64,000 bases of DNA from contig CAWJIM010000024.1 of the NCBI GenBank assembly GCA_963842945.1, forward strand, positions 352,001-416,000, in the 5' to 3' direction. Shown in pieces: positions 44,393 to 54,473 of this stretch. Below the pieces are notes generated by a model. The model was not told the DNA's origin, made no database searches, and saw nothing but the letters and a program-made list of their open reading frames with translations. The position numbers and the translations under genes were made by a program. Each line of letters opens with the position of its first letter. The stretch's first letter is position 1. The DNA comes from an uncultured Gemmatimonadales bacterium. GTDB taxonomy: Bacteria > Gemmatimonadota > Gemmatimonadetes > Gemmatimonadales > GWC2-71-9.

Positions 44393-44475
44393 AGTCGAGA
44401 GTCGCGCGTCGCGAGTCGCGAGAATAAGATCGGTTGCAATACAGCTCTCGAGTCTCATGACTCGTGACTCGTGAC
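44393..44475. repeat. Inverted heptamer tandem arrays (AGTCGCG-type and GACTCGT-type)
   Basis: agtcgag agtcgcg cgtcgcg agtcgcg ... ctctcga gtctcat gactcgt gactcgt gac. Confidence 0.75.
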
Positions 44476-44476
44476 A

Positions 44477-45280
44477 TCACAGAATCCTCCAATCCGTCCA
44501 TATCCCCATCGAGCACAACCTGACATACAGATCGGCAAACGCCACCGCGAAGAGGCTGGTCCAGGCCCACCGCATATGGGCCCGATTGAAGCAGCTGGAG
44601 CAGTCGTATAGCCGGCGGCGCACCGGTCGTCGGGAGAGCTGATCCAGGTAGCCGCCGATCACGTGACGCAGGGAATGACAGCCAAGGGTATAGCCGCCGA
44701 GGAGGACCACATTGATGAGGAGCACCAGGGTTCCTACTCCGATGCCAAAGGACGTCTGTCCCGTTGCGGGATCGGTAAACCAGAGTGCCTTGTAGACGTC
44801 GGAGAGAAGCACCAACAGAAAGAGCAGGGCGATATAGAGGAAATAGCGGTGGATGTTCTGCACGATCAGGGGAAAGGCCGCCTCACCGCAGTACGTCTCT
44901 CGAGGTTCTCCCACCGCGCAGGCCGGCGGGTCGGCCCAGAACGCCTTGTAGTACGCACCTCGATAGTAGTAGCACGTCACCCGGAAAAGACCGGGGAACG
45001 GAAGAATCAGCAGCGCCGGCGAAAACACCAGCCAGCTGGGCCACCACGTGGGCCGGGGACCGAACCAGGCGTGGGGCGAGCCGCCGAACAACTCGGGTGA
45101 GTAGAACGGGGAAAGATAGGGTCCGTAACTGTAATGCTCACCTTGGAAGGCAGCCCAGGTGGAATAGCCAATGAAGGCCGAGAGCAGCAGGAAGACGGTG
45201 ACAGGTTGGAGCCACCACCAATCCTTGCGCATGGTCTCGCCGAAACGGCGGCGAACGATCGGGAGCTGCGCGTGCGCCAT
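44477..45280 (-). CDS. Sdh1-type (Rv0249c-like) membrane anchor subunit
   Basis: YLSPFYSP, FRVTCYYYRGAYYKAFWADPPACAV, QNIHRYF, YTLGCHSLRH and HMRWAW motifs; first gene of the sdh operon. Confidence 0.8.
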   Translation of the reverse strand: MAHAQLPIVRRRFGETMRKDWWWLQPVTVFLLLSAFIGYSTWAAFQGEHYSYGPYLSPFYSPELFGGSPHAWFGPRPTWWPSWLVFSPALLILPFPGLFRVTCYYYRGAYYKAFWADPPACAVGEPRETYCGEAAFPLIVQNIHRYFLYIALLFLLVLLSDVYKALWFTDPATGQTSFGIGVGTLVLLINVVLLGGYTLGCHSLRHVIGGYLDQLSRRPVRRRLYDCSSCFNRAHMRWAWTSLFAVAFADLYVRLCSMGIWTDWRIL

Positions 45281-45449
45281 GCCGGTACTCCCCTGGCTGT
45301 AATGGGTGCCCGCCGGAAGCTGGAACTGCGTGGCCGGCTCCAACGCCGGCCAGCCGGAGTATTCAAACCGCCAATGGCGCGCTGTCAATGCCGCGTCGTG
45401 GCCAGGCGGTCTCGAACGAAGGGGTGAGCTCGAAGAAGGGAGAAGGTCT

Positions 45450-46926
45450 TCAGGTGGGTCCCTGCTGACCCCAGCGTTGAGACGGTGGAGGCAAGTCCGG
45501 ATTGCGCAGCGGCGGAATCTTGCTGGTAAACGGCACGCCGGTGATTCGGTCGGTGTTGTCGTCTCGGACCCGATATGCGGCCGGAAAGTCGTCGGTCTGC
45601 TCCATCCAGTCCTGGAGCACGGCGGCCAGCCGGCGCACCTCTTCGGCGTAGCGAGGATCGTCGGCCACGTTCCGAAGCTCCCAGGGATCCGTTTTCAGGT
45701 CATACAGCTCGAGTCGCGCCCGGGGAACCTCGAAAAGCCGGCGCTGCGCCGAGGTGAGCCGGCCGGCTTTCGCTCGAGCCCGCAACGCAAGGAACGACGG
45801 ACTGGCCCCGATGTCGGCGGCGGTGCAGAGCGGTAGGTCGGTGTAGGCATCGGTTCGGATCAGCTTGAACCGGAGGGTGCGCACCGCGCGCTGATGCTCG
45901 TCGCAGTCGTGCCAGTTGCGTTCGCTGAACACGCGGGTGCGTCCGGTGAATTTCGTGGGCTGCGTGAGCAGCTCACTGAAGCTTTGGCCTTGCATCGAAT
46001 CGGGCCTGCCCGCACCCGCTACATCAAGCAGCGTGGGGGTCAGGTCCACGGTGCTCACCAGGCCGCGATCGTACACCGTTCCTGCCGGGATCACGTTTGG
46101 CCAGGAGAAGACGAGCGGTGTCCTGGTGCCGGAGTCGTACAGGGTGCCTTTCTCCCGGGGGAATGGTGCGCCATTGTCGCTCAGGAACAGCACCAGCGTC
46201 TTCTGCCGGAGCCCGCGCCGGTCGAGCTCCGCCAGCATCGTTCCGATGGCATCGTCCATGTGGGCGATGGTGTCGTAATAGTTCACCAGGTCGGCCCGGG
46301 TCTCGGGAGTGTCGGCGAGGTACGGGGTCAACACTACGCCGCCCGGCTTATGCCGGTGAGCTACACTCTCCGGATGATAGGGACGATGCGGCTCGTGAAA
46401 CGCTACCCAGAGAAAAAAGGGCCGGGTGCCGGTGGAATCGAGAAAGGCGGGAAAGACCGCGGCAGTCTGGGGCGAGTACCACTGGAACTGTTTCTCTCCG
46501 TTGGGACCGATATGGGTCTTGGCCATCATGCCGGTGAAGTAGCCCTGTGCCCTGCAAGTAGGCCGGAAGCAGGCGCACTCCGTCGGGCAGCGGAGTGTGC
46601 AAGTCTTCGGTGCGGGTGGCGTGGGAATACTTGCCGGAGAGAATGCTGATACGCGACGGGCTGCACTGCGGGCTGGTGCCGAACGCGTATTTCACCAGCA
46701 GTCCCGATCGAGCCAGGCGGTCGATGTTCGGGGTCCGGATGAGCCTGTTGCCATACACCCCGGTATCCCGCCAACCCAGGTCGTCGGCCACGAAAATGAG
46801 GATGCTGGGATGACTCTCCGAGACACCCTGGGCCCGGGAGGAGGCCGCAGGCAGCAGAAGAATGAGTCGGCGAATCGAGCTCAGCCATGAGCTTCGATTG
46901 GCGAAACTCAGGCCATGGCTTTTCAA
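45450..46926 (-). CDS. Sulfatase, sulfamidase-like (frameshift ~46545)
   Basis: ILIFVADDLG, CSPSR (formylglycine motif), SDNG and KGTLYDSG. Confidence 0.88.
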
Positions 46927-47057
46927 TTGCGCACTCGTTCCATGCTCTGGGGAGTGGGCGGTGACGGAAGTCAGGTACCCTGGCTTCCCTTATGGCAACG
47001 CATTGTGCAAGCTGATGGAAGCGAAGACAAGCCCGACTGGAGTCCAACACCCAACGT

Positions 47058-47637
47058 ATGCCGCCGAAACGAAGAGCCTCCCCAGTTAACCGGAACGCTG
47101 GACGCGATCCGCCGGATCATTCGGATACTGCGGCGCTCCTCCCGGCGGAGCGAGCAGCAGGTGGGCATTGGCGGCGCCCAGCTATTTGTGTTGCAGCAGC
47201 TCGCGGACGCGCCGGCGCGCTCCATCAACGATCTGGCCGCCCGCACTTACACCCATCAGAGCTCGGTCTCGGTGGTGGTTCGGCGGCTGGTCGAGCAGGG
47301 CCTGGTGGCTCGGCAGCCTTCCACCCGTGACCGGCGGCGGCGCGAGCTGAGGCTCACTTCAGCAGGAAAACGCCTGGTTTCCCGGGCGCCGGTACCGGGT
47401 CAGGTGCACCTGATCAATGCCCTGCTCAAGCTGCCCCGGACGGAGCTCAGGAATCTCGAGCGGGGGCTGGATCGGGTGGTGGCGGAAATGGGTGGCGAGG
47501 GTGAGCCGCCGGCGATGCTGTTTGCCGATGAGATGCCTTCAGCTCAGTCCGCCCCGAGGTCGAGCGGCCGCCGGCACTTGTCGCAGAAGACTTCCCGGGG
47601 CAAGCGGAAGACCCGGCCGGCCAGGCCGAGCCGCTGA
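47058..47637 (+). CDS. MarR family regulator
   Basis: AQLFVLQQL, SINDLAART.THQSSVSVVVRRLVEQGLV and DRRRRELRLT..G motifs. The start is probably ATG 47058 with an indel in a C run. Confidence 0.85.
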
Positions 47638-47921
47638 TGGGTGCCGCAATAGGGGCAGGCTCCTTCCGCAGAGCGGATCACCTGCCGCTGATTGAGCCGT
47701 ATGGTGGCGAAGATGAGGCCCAACAGCAACGCGCCCGGCACCAGGACGAAGTGGACCAGCGGAATGGGAAGCGCAATCAACGCCAGCGCGGCGCCCGCGG
47801 CGAGAGCAAGCCCCGCGCGGCGAACCCGCTCGCCGGCGGTGAGATCCTCTACCACCAGTTGGGCCTGGGTCGGGGTTGCCCCGAATCCCTTGAGCGGCAC
47901 CTCCAATGACTGGGTATTCAC
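47544..47921 (-). CDS. Small membrane protein with C-terminal Zn ribbon
   Basis: Two TM segments (IPLVHFVLVP), then CPYC...CDKC; overlaps the marR 3' end convergently. Confidence 0.6.
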   Translation of the reverse strand: MNTQSLEVPLKGFGATPTQAQLVVEDLTAGERVRRAGLALAAGAALALIALPIPLVHFVLVPGALLLGLIFATIRLNQRQVIRSAEGACPYCGTHQRLGLAGRVFRLPREVFCDKCRRPLDLGAD

Positions 47922-48028
47922 CCCAACGTCCTTCTTGCAGCTCTGCGGGAGCGCCTCATGTCTCAATATATATGGGATTCCATAGAAACCATCACAACCC
48001 CGGCTGGGTCACTCTGGCCAGTTCGAGT

Positions 48029-48057
48029 TTGCTGAAACCCTGATCATACCGTACCTT
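48029..48057 (+). promoter_or_regulatory. Sigma70-like promoter of the beta-barrel gene
   Basis: TTGCTG (48029-48034), N17, TACCTT (48052-48057); GAGG at 48080-48083 before ATG 48088. Confidence 0.5.
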
Positions 48058-48087
48058 ACAGGAGACTCCCCGAACAACCGAGGTTTG

Positions 48088-49158
48088 ATGCTTCCCCACC
48101 GGCCGCATCTCGTCTCACGGGGCGGATTCGCCGTCCTGTCTGCAATTATCCTCCTCGGCCTGTCACCCAGGATTGCCTCCGGCCAGGGGTGAATGCCGGT
48201 CCGCTTTACGTCACCCAGTCTGGGTGGACATCGACAAGCCATTCTACCAGCCGGAAAATTCGAGCTCGGCCTCTCATATAGAAACCTCAAAGCCGATGAC
48301 TGGATCATTCTCGATACTCTGACCCCGTCAGATGGGTCCAGGGCGCCGGGAGGCGAGCCGAACGTCTTCAACATCAACTCAGTCGATTTCTCTCTCGCCT
48401 ATGGCTTAACCAATCGCGTAAGCTTCCAGCTGACGGTGCCCACCGCGAGCGGCAGCAATTCGCGAATCCATCCCGACGGCATTCGTCACGTCACCAATGG
48501 ATCCGGCATCGGCGACATCAACCTCGTCGGCACCATGTGGCTGCTGGACCCACTCACTCATGGAACTGGCAATGTCGCGGTCGGGCTCGGCGTGAAAGCT
48601 CCCACCGGGAGTAACACGATCACCGGAGATTTCGGCCTTCCCTCGGGAACCGTGCAACATACCGTCCACCCCGGCATCCAAATGGGGGACGGCGGCTGGG
48701 GTATCATCGTGCAGGCCCACGCCTTCAGCAGGCTGGTCGGGAGGCTGTCCGGGTACCTCTTCGGAGCCTACCAGCTGAACCCTCGGAACGTTAGCGAGGT
48801 GACCTTCACGCCGGCCTCGGTGAGTCCCTTATCGGTGCCCGATGTCTACCACGCCCGTTTCGGACTCGCCCTGGCGGTTCTGCCGAGACAGGGGTTGTCC
48901 GCCAGCCTGGGGCTTCGGGCCGACGGCATTCCAGTCCGAGACCTGATGGGAAGTAGCGACGGATTCCGCGCATCCGCTCGCTCCGTCTTCATCGATCCCG
49001 GCCTGTCATGGAGCATAGGCCAGAACGACTTCACGCTGAGTGTGCCGGTTCGGGTGCACGGAGAGTTCTTCCGGGGCCAGCCGCTCCCTGATGGTCAGAG
49101 CGACCGGGGTGACCTCGCCAAGAGGCTGATCTTCCTGGGTTACACCAGGCGACTATGA
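48088..49158 (+). CDS. Outer-membrane beta-barrel (MetA-pathway/phenol-degradation transporter-like) with in-frame TGA at codon 35; candidate selenoprotein
   Basis: MLPHRPHLVSRGGFAVLSAIILLGLSPRIASG-QG-(TGA)-MPVRF..., in frame with ORF 48193..49158 (SGIGDI, GLGVKAPTG, IQMGDGGWG, SVPDVY, GSSDGFR, C-terminal strand LIFLGYTRRL). Confidence 0.75.
48190..48229 (+). promoter_or_regulatory. Candidate bacterial SECIS element
   Basis: TGA at 48190-48192, then hairpin GT-CACCC-AGTCT-GGGTG-GAC (48210-48229). The apical loop begins ~24 nt after UGA with G in loop position 1-2. Confidence 0.6.
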
Positions 49159-49340
49159 CGTAAGGCGGCGCAACAAACCTATTGGAACGCAGCAGGCCCG
49201 GATTTATGCCTCGTTCCGGAAGGCCTCACACCGTGATCCATCGTCAGGAATCACTCGCAAGGCACTCGCCTGTCTGACACACATTCATCAAATCTCCGTC
49301 CGGTCGCGCCGGCTGGCTCGAACCAACACGGAGTCCACTC

Positions 49341-50207
49341 GTGAGTCTGGTCAATCGGTTGCAGGCCGGTTTGGGCCAACGTTACCGGGTCGAGCGCGAG
49401 CTCGGACGGGGCGGCATGGCCACGGTGTATCTCGCGGAGGATATTAAACACGGCTGCCGAGTCGCCCTCAAGGTGCTGCGGCCCGAGATTGGCGCCGCCC
49501 TCGGCGGGGACCGCTTCCTTCTGGAAATAAAGACGTCCGCCGCCTTGCAGCATCCCCACATACTCGGCTTGCTGGATTCCGGTGAAATACTGCCGGACCA
49601 TGGTTCCGGCCCCGGCCTGCTGTTCTACACCATGCCTTACGTCGAGGGGGAATCCCTTCGCGACCGGCTTGACCGCGAGCGCCAACTCCCGTTGGATCAG
49701 GCCATCACGATTGCGCGAGAAGTGGCCGATGCGCTGGGCTACGCCCACACCCACAATGTTGTGCACCGGGATATCAAGCCGGAGAACATCCTGTTGTCGG
49801 GCGGACACGCGATGGTGGCTGATTTCGGCATCGCGAGGGCGCTGAATACGGCGGGTGGTGAAAAGCTGACCGAAACTGGACTCGCGCTGGGCACACCGTA
49901 CTACATGAGTCCGGAGCAGGCCACCGGAGACTTCCTGGACGGCAGAGCTGATCAGTACGCCTTGGGCTGCGTGCTCTACGAGATGTTGGCCGGGACACCG
50001 CCCTTCCAAGGCTCGACCGGGCAATCGATTCTGGCCCGGCACGCCGTGGATCCGGTGCCGAGCCTTCGGACAGTGCGGGCGGCGATCCCGGCGGGGGTGG
50101 AACACGCCATCACCCGTGCCCTTGCCAAGTCGCCGGCCGACCGGTTTTCCACCACGGCCGAGTTTGCCCTTGCCCTGACGCAAGCTGGACAGGTGGGACC
50201 ACGGTAA
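49341..50207 (+). CDS. Hanks Ser/Thr kinase, catalytic domain only (possibly truncated)
   Basis: LGRGGMATVY, VALK, HRDIKPEN, DFG and GTPYYMSPE motifs; stops right after the kinase domain. Confidence 0.85.
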   Translation: MSLVNRLQAGLGQRYRVERELGRGGMATVYLAEDIKHGCRVALKVLRPEIGAALGGDRFLLEIKTSAALQHPHILGLLDSGEILPDHGSGPGLLFYTMPYVEGESLRDRLDRERQLPLDQAITIAREVADALGYAHTHNVVHRDIKPENILLSGGHAMVADFGIARALNTAGGEKLTETGLALGTPYYMSPEQATGDFLDGRADQYALGCVLYEMLAGTPPFQGSTGQSILARHAVDPVPSLRTVRAAIPAGVEHAITRALAKSPADRFSTTAEFALALTQAGQVGPR

Positions 50208-50278
50208 GGACCAATACGGTCACCTCGCCTTCGTCGGGTGCGCATCGTCACTGGGGGGCACGCGTCGGATGGGCTTTC

Positions 50279-51400
50279 TTAGCTGCTGCGCTCATAGCAA
50301 TTGGGCTGATCACAACCGTCCGCGCCGTCAGTTCGAAGAAGAGCCCAGTAGTCTCGGCTGCGGAGGGATCCATGCGGTCGACTGAACGATCTCCGGGTGG
50401 GCGTGTCGTGCAGATAGATGGCGAACTGGTTTGGAAACATGAACTTCACCAGACCGAGCGGGTTCGTGGGACTTCCCCCTCTCTGTCGCATTCGAACTTT
50501 GGTCAGGTCTACCCGGGACCAATTGATCCGGCGGGGTCAAGACCCGTGACTGGTATTTGGCATCGACCACCTCAAAATGGTTGCGGACCAGGTAGGAGCG
50601 CTTTTTCCTTATTCTGGGGAGAATCTCGCGGACCAGGATCCGCTGCGGCACATATCAGTAGGGCCGGAAGACCACGAACGTCATCGAGTCGGCGAATACG
50701 GGAGTAGCGTTCTTGTACTCGTCCCCCACCACGACCCGCATGTTGAGCACCGGCTTGAGACGTCGTAGGCAGAAGCCTGTAATCGGGAATGTTTACTAGA
50801 CGTACTGGGGCCCAACTCCGAGGGCAGCCAGCGATAGCGCTCCAAATTGAGCTGCATCTGCCGAATCCGGACCTGCACCGGCACGTTGAGGGCGGCCAAC
50901 GTCGCGCCGCCCACAATCCCATTGCTCGGGATCCCGTGGCGCGACTGGAAATGCGCCACCGCTTTGGCCACCGCGCGGTTGTAGACTGGTTTGTTCCCCG
51001 TACCGGGTAGAGGTCGCCCGTTATCCTGAGCCGCCGACGCAGCACCGCTACACGGGCGCCGCGGGCGCCCCGCCGGAGACTTGCTACCGCCCGGCACCCT
51101 GGGCCAGCCGCCGTGCTCGAGGATTTCACTAACAGCAAGCCATTTCACCAGGTCGGCATACCCAGGTAGCTGTGGCCGGAGCGGAGCCACTATGCCCTGG
51201 AACTCTTCCGCCTGCACCGCCCCCCGCAGCGTCCCCTCGATGCTCGAGCGCCGCGCCTTGATGTACCACTCGCTCGCGACTGCCTTCGGGTCGAGCCGGC
51301 CCGCCAGCAAATCAGCTCCGTAGTCGAGGAACCGTCTGGTGAGCTCGAGGTCGAGCACGGCGAAGGCCTCGGGCCCTCTGGATCACGGGGCAGAACCACC
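50279..51400 (-). pseudogene. Degraded L,D-transpeptidase (YcbB/LdtD-like)
   Basis: Fragments in several frames: FQSRHGIPSNGIVG, NLERYRWLP, VNIPDYRL, NPLGLVKFMFPN...IYLHDTP. The SHGC catalytic motif reads PHGS after a deletion, and the 5' end is missing. Confidence 0.75.
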
Positions 51401-51655
51401 AGCGTCTATCGGCTGGGTCTCGGCGCCGGACTCTAGCCCTCCTCGTCCCACGGAAGATAACGTACCGGCGACCCCCGGCCCCAGCGTGCCCCAGGCCGGG
51501 CTTGCCAGCGCCCCTCCTTGGGGGGGTCTTCTTCTCCACGGCGATGTCTCCTTTCCGTTGCGGGCACAAGGCCCGTGGTGATTGCCTCACCCGGGAAGGC
51601 TGCATCGCCTTTCGTCTCTTACACACCTATTGAACCACCTCAGGAGGGTGCCAAG

Positions 51656-51997
51656 ATGCCGGAAGTTCGGATGAAGGTTGCGCCCGATACAGTAGCGTAT
51701 GCTGACGGGGAGAACCACAAGCTCATAGTGGAGTTCGCCATCCCAGGAGCGCCAGCGGATACCATCGATCTAAAGATCCTGGAAGACAGCGTCCACCTGA
51801 CAGCGCCAGCAAGGGACATTGAGTACGTTTCCGCGCTGGCTTTAGCATGGCAGGTAAAACCTCACAAGGCCGAAGCGACCTACGAGCACGGCCTGCTCCG
51901 AATCGAGGTGCCCTTCAAAGATCCGATGGAGGATGCCGTGCAGGTCGCCATCAAAACAGGTGTCGTGGAAAGCAAGGCCAAGAGACTTAAGACCTGA
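51656..51997 (+). CDS. Hsp20/alpha-crystallin family protein
   Basis: IPGAPADTIDL...AEATYEHGLLRIEVP; RBS AGGAG. Confidence 0.8.
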   Translation: MPEVRMKVAPDTVAYADGENHKLIVEFAIPGAPADTIDLKILEDSVHLTAPARDIEYVSALALAWQVKPHKAEATYEHGLLRIEVPFKDPMEDAVQVAIKTGVVESKAKRLKT

Positions 51998-52145
51998 TGA
52001 ACATGGCCTTTCCTCCGCCGACCTCTCCCTCGACCGTTCACGCGATCGCCGGCCTCCGTTGGCTCTTCGGCCATTGCTTAGTCCTCAGTTCCTTCACCCG
52101 AACACTTAGCTATACTCCAAGGTGTCCCTGTGCTCGAGTACACCG

Positions 52146-52376
52146 ATGGATCCTGTCTCCTATAAGGGCTTTGCCATCACGGCGCGCACGTTTCAGATCC
52201 ATGGCTCCGGACGCTGGACCCTGGATCTCCTAATTGGCCGGCGTAGGGGCTTACGGGCCTTCAGCGCTCCCACCACATACTCCACCGAAATGGCGGCCAT
52301 CGCGGGTTGTTGTGAGCGCGGACGGCGCATCATCGATGGGCTGGTGCAGGATTGCTCAGTCGATGATTTGTCGTGA
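52146..52376 (+). CDS. Hypothetical protein
   Basis: MDPVSYKGFAITARTFQ...GRRIIDG; fits the intergenic space. Confidence 0.55.
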   Translation: MDPVSYKGFAITARTFQIHGSGRWTLDLLIGRRRGLRAFSAPTTYSTEMAAIAGCCERGRRIIDGLVQDCSVDDLS

Positions 52377-52526
52377 GACTGGGGCGTAACCCGCTCATCC
52401 AGCCGGCCTCCGCCATGCAGAGCTGCAGTCTGCCGGGCCCTGAATGTTATTCCCGGGGGCGGTCGTGTTCGCCCTGGCTACAGCGTTCGTGATGCGCGAC
52501 GAGGAGCCCACGGGAAGGAGCACGCC

Positions 52527-52880
52527 ATGGTTGAGCCGAGACCTCACCTGCCGAGGGAACTGCCGCCCGAGACCCGGGACTACTTGGCGCACCGGCTGGA
52601 CGGCGCGCGCGATCTCTATCTCCTGGCGCTGGCCTTGGGCGCACGCCCTGACGGGTCCGCGCTGTTCGGGCGGATGATCCGTGAGGCCCGCATCCACTTC
52701 GCGGCGGTGATCGAGGAAGCGCGGATCGCCGGGCTGGACACGGCGGCCATCGCCGTGATGCTGGGCAAGTTGAACATCGAGTTGGCCGACAGCATCCGCC
52801 CTGAGCTGTGGGCGCGCGTCGAGCAGCTCCTCGCCGAGCGAGCCGCCCGCAAACCAGCGGAGCGGCGGGGACTGCGCTGA
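52527..52880 (+). CDS. Hypothetical protein
   Basis: 117-aa helical ORF with strong RBS AAGGAG. Confidence 0.6.
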   Translation: MVEPRPHLPRELPPETRDYLAHRLDGARDLYLLALALGARPDGSALFGRMIREARIHFAAVIEEARIAGLDTAAIAVMLGKLNIELADSIRPELWARVEQLLAERAARKPAERRGLR

Positions 52881-52920
52881 AGGTTGCCTGCTCGCCCACG
52901 GGGCCCCAGAGGAGCAACCT

Positions 52921-53193
52921 GTGACGTACGTGATCGCCGAACCCTGTATTGGCGTCAAAGACCGGTCGTGTCTAGACGTGTGTCCGGTCGACTGCATCTA
53001 CGAGGGCGAAGATCAGCTCTACATCGAGCCCGACGAGTGCATCGACTGCGGGGCCTGCGTGCCCGCATGCCCGGTCACGGCGATCTTCACGGAGGAGGAG
53101 GTCCCGCCCAACTGGCAGTCGTACATCGCGAAAAACCGTGATGTGTTCAAGAGCGACCAGCCGCCAGCGAAGAAGACTCCTGAGAAGAAATAA
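52921..53193 (+). CDS. fdxA: 7Fe-type ferredoxin
   Basis: MTYVIAEPCIGVKDRSCLDVCPVDCIY...ECIDCGACVPACPV. Confidence 0.93.
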   Translation: MTYVIAEPCIGVKDRSCLDVCPVDCIYEGEDQLYIEPDECIDCGACVPACPVTAIFTEEEVPPNWQSYIAKNRDVFKSDQPPAKKTPEKK

Positions 53194-53368
53194 GAGCGGG
53201 TATTCAGTATACTGGAGGGCCGCATGGATCGAGTCCCACACGGGCCCAATCCGGATCTCTTATCCCCTCAAACAATTGACACGTGGTTGAAGGGTGAAAT
53301 CGGTATCCGAAATGTTACGCCGCCGGATGCATGCATCCGGCGGCGCCTTCCTACCCAGGCAACGGCGC

Positions 53369-54473
53369 TTATGGTATGTACTGCAGGTTGTCCGCGGCCA
53401 AGCCCCCGCCCCCGCCTACCACTTCGATCCGCGGCTTGCCATTGAGCAGGACCGTGGTTCCGGCCATCCACATGCGGGGGCTCGGCATAGAGGCGCGGAG
53501 GGTCCAGAGGTTGGTCACCGGGTCGTACACTATGGTTTTATCCAGGAACTGGTGCAGGTTTCGGATCGGATCGAATCGATGGCCGCCCATCACGTACAGC
53601 TTGTCACCCAGGACGGCCGTTGCCACGCCATCACGGGCCAGTCCCAGTGCATTCCTGGCCGTCCACCTGTTGGTGGCAGGATCATAGACGGACAAGTGTT
53701 CCGTTCCCGTAATAGTCTCCTCCCATTAGGTAGAACTTTTCCCCTATTACCCCACCCGCGACTGTATACACCGCCGGTTGTGCAGCGGGGAAACGGCGGA
53801 GCGAGAGTGACCCACCGATCGATTGCCGGGTTGTAGCGGAACAACCGTGGGCCGGTGAGGTCGCCTTCGCAGGAGCCACCCTCGGTGTAGCTGATCGAGT
53901 GGCAGAGGGTGACCACGTAGAGCTTGCCCTTGATCACGCCGGTCACGCCGCCATAACCCACCGTCCAGTCCTTACCTGGACCGTTGATCGCCGGAAGGTC
54001 GTGCTTCCGGGTCCAGGTATTGGCGCCGGGATCGTACATGTAAAGCGCCCGGATGGGGGAGCGTCTCCGACTACTGAGAACCCGCCGGAGACGTAGATCT
54101 TTCCGTTGATCACGCCGGCGCCGTTGGACAGGTACAGGGGAACGGGGAGCGGCCGCCGCTCGGTCCAGGTATTCGTGGCGGCATTGTAGGCCGAGACCTT
54201 CCTTAGCAGGGTCAATGGGGACACCACGGTCGCACCGCCGATCGCATAGACGATCGACTGCCCGGCTGCGTTCGTCACCGTAGCCACAGCAAGCCTATCT
54301 CGCATGCTCGGCAGGTTTTTCCGGGTGATCCAGCTGTTGCTGGCAACTGCCAACTCGGCCCCGCTCGGCGTGGGCTCCGCTGACTGGGTCGGCTCGGTTG
54401 AATTATCACCGCACGCCGCGACCCAGGCCATGCTGAGCGCCAGTGCGCCCGGTGCTAGTGAACGGTATCTCAT
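53369..54473 (-). CDS. Kelch-repeat lipoprotein (frameshifts ~54050 and ~53750)
   Basis: Lipobox VAAC; repeated GKIYVSGG/YDPATNRWT units across three ORFs. Confidence 0.8.

Noticed and set aside
48190..48192. Genome-wide UGA reassignment to Trp or Gly
   Set aside because: TGA ends many genes here, Trp is encoded by TGG, and tRNA-Trp has a CCA anticodon.
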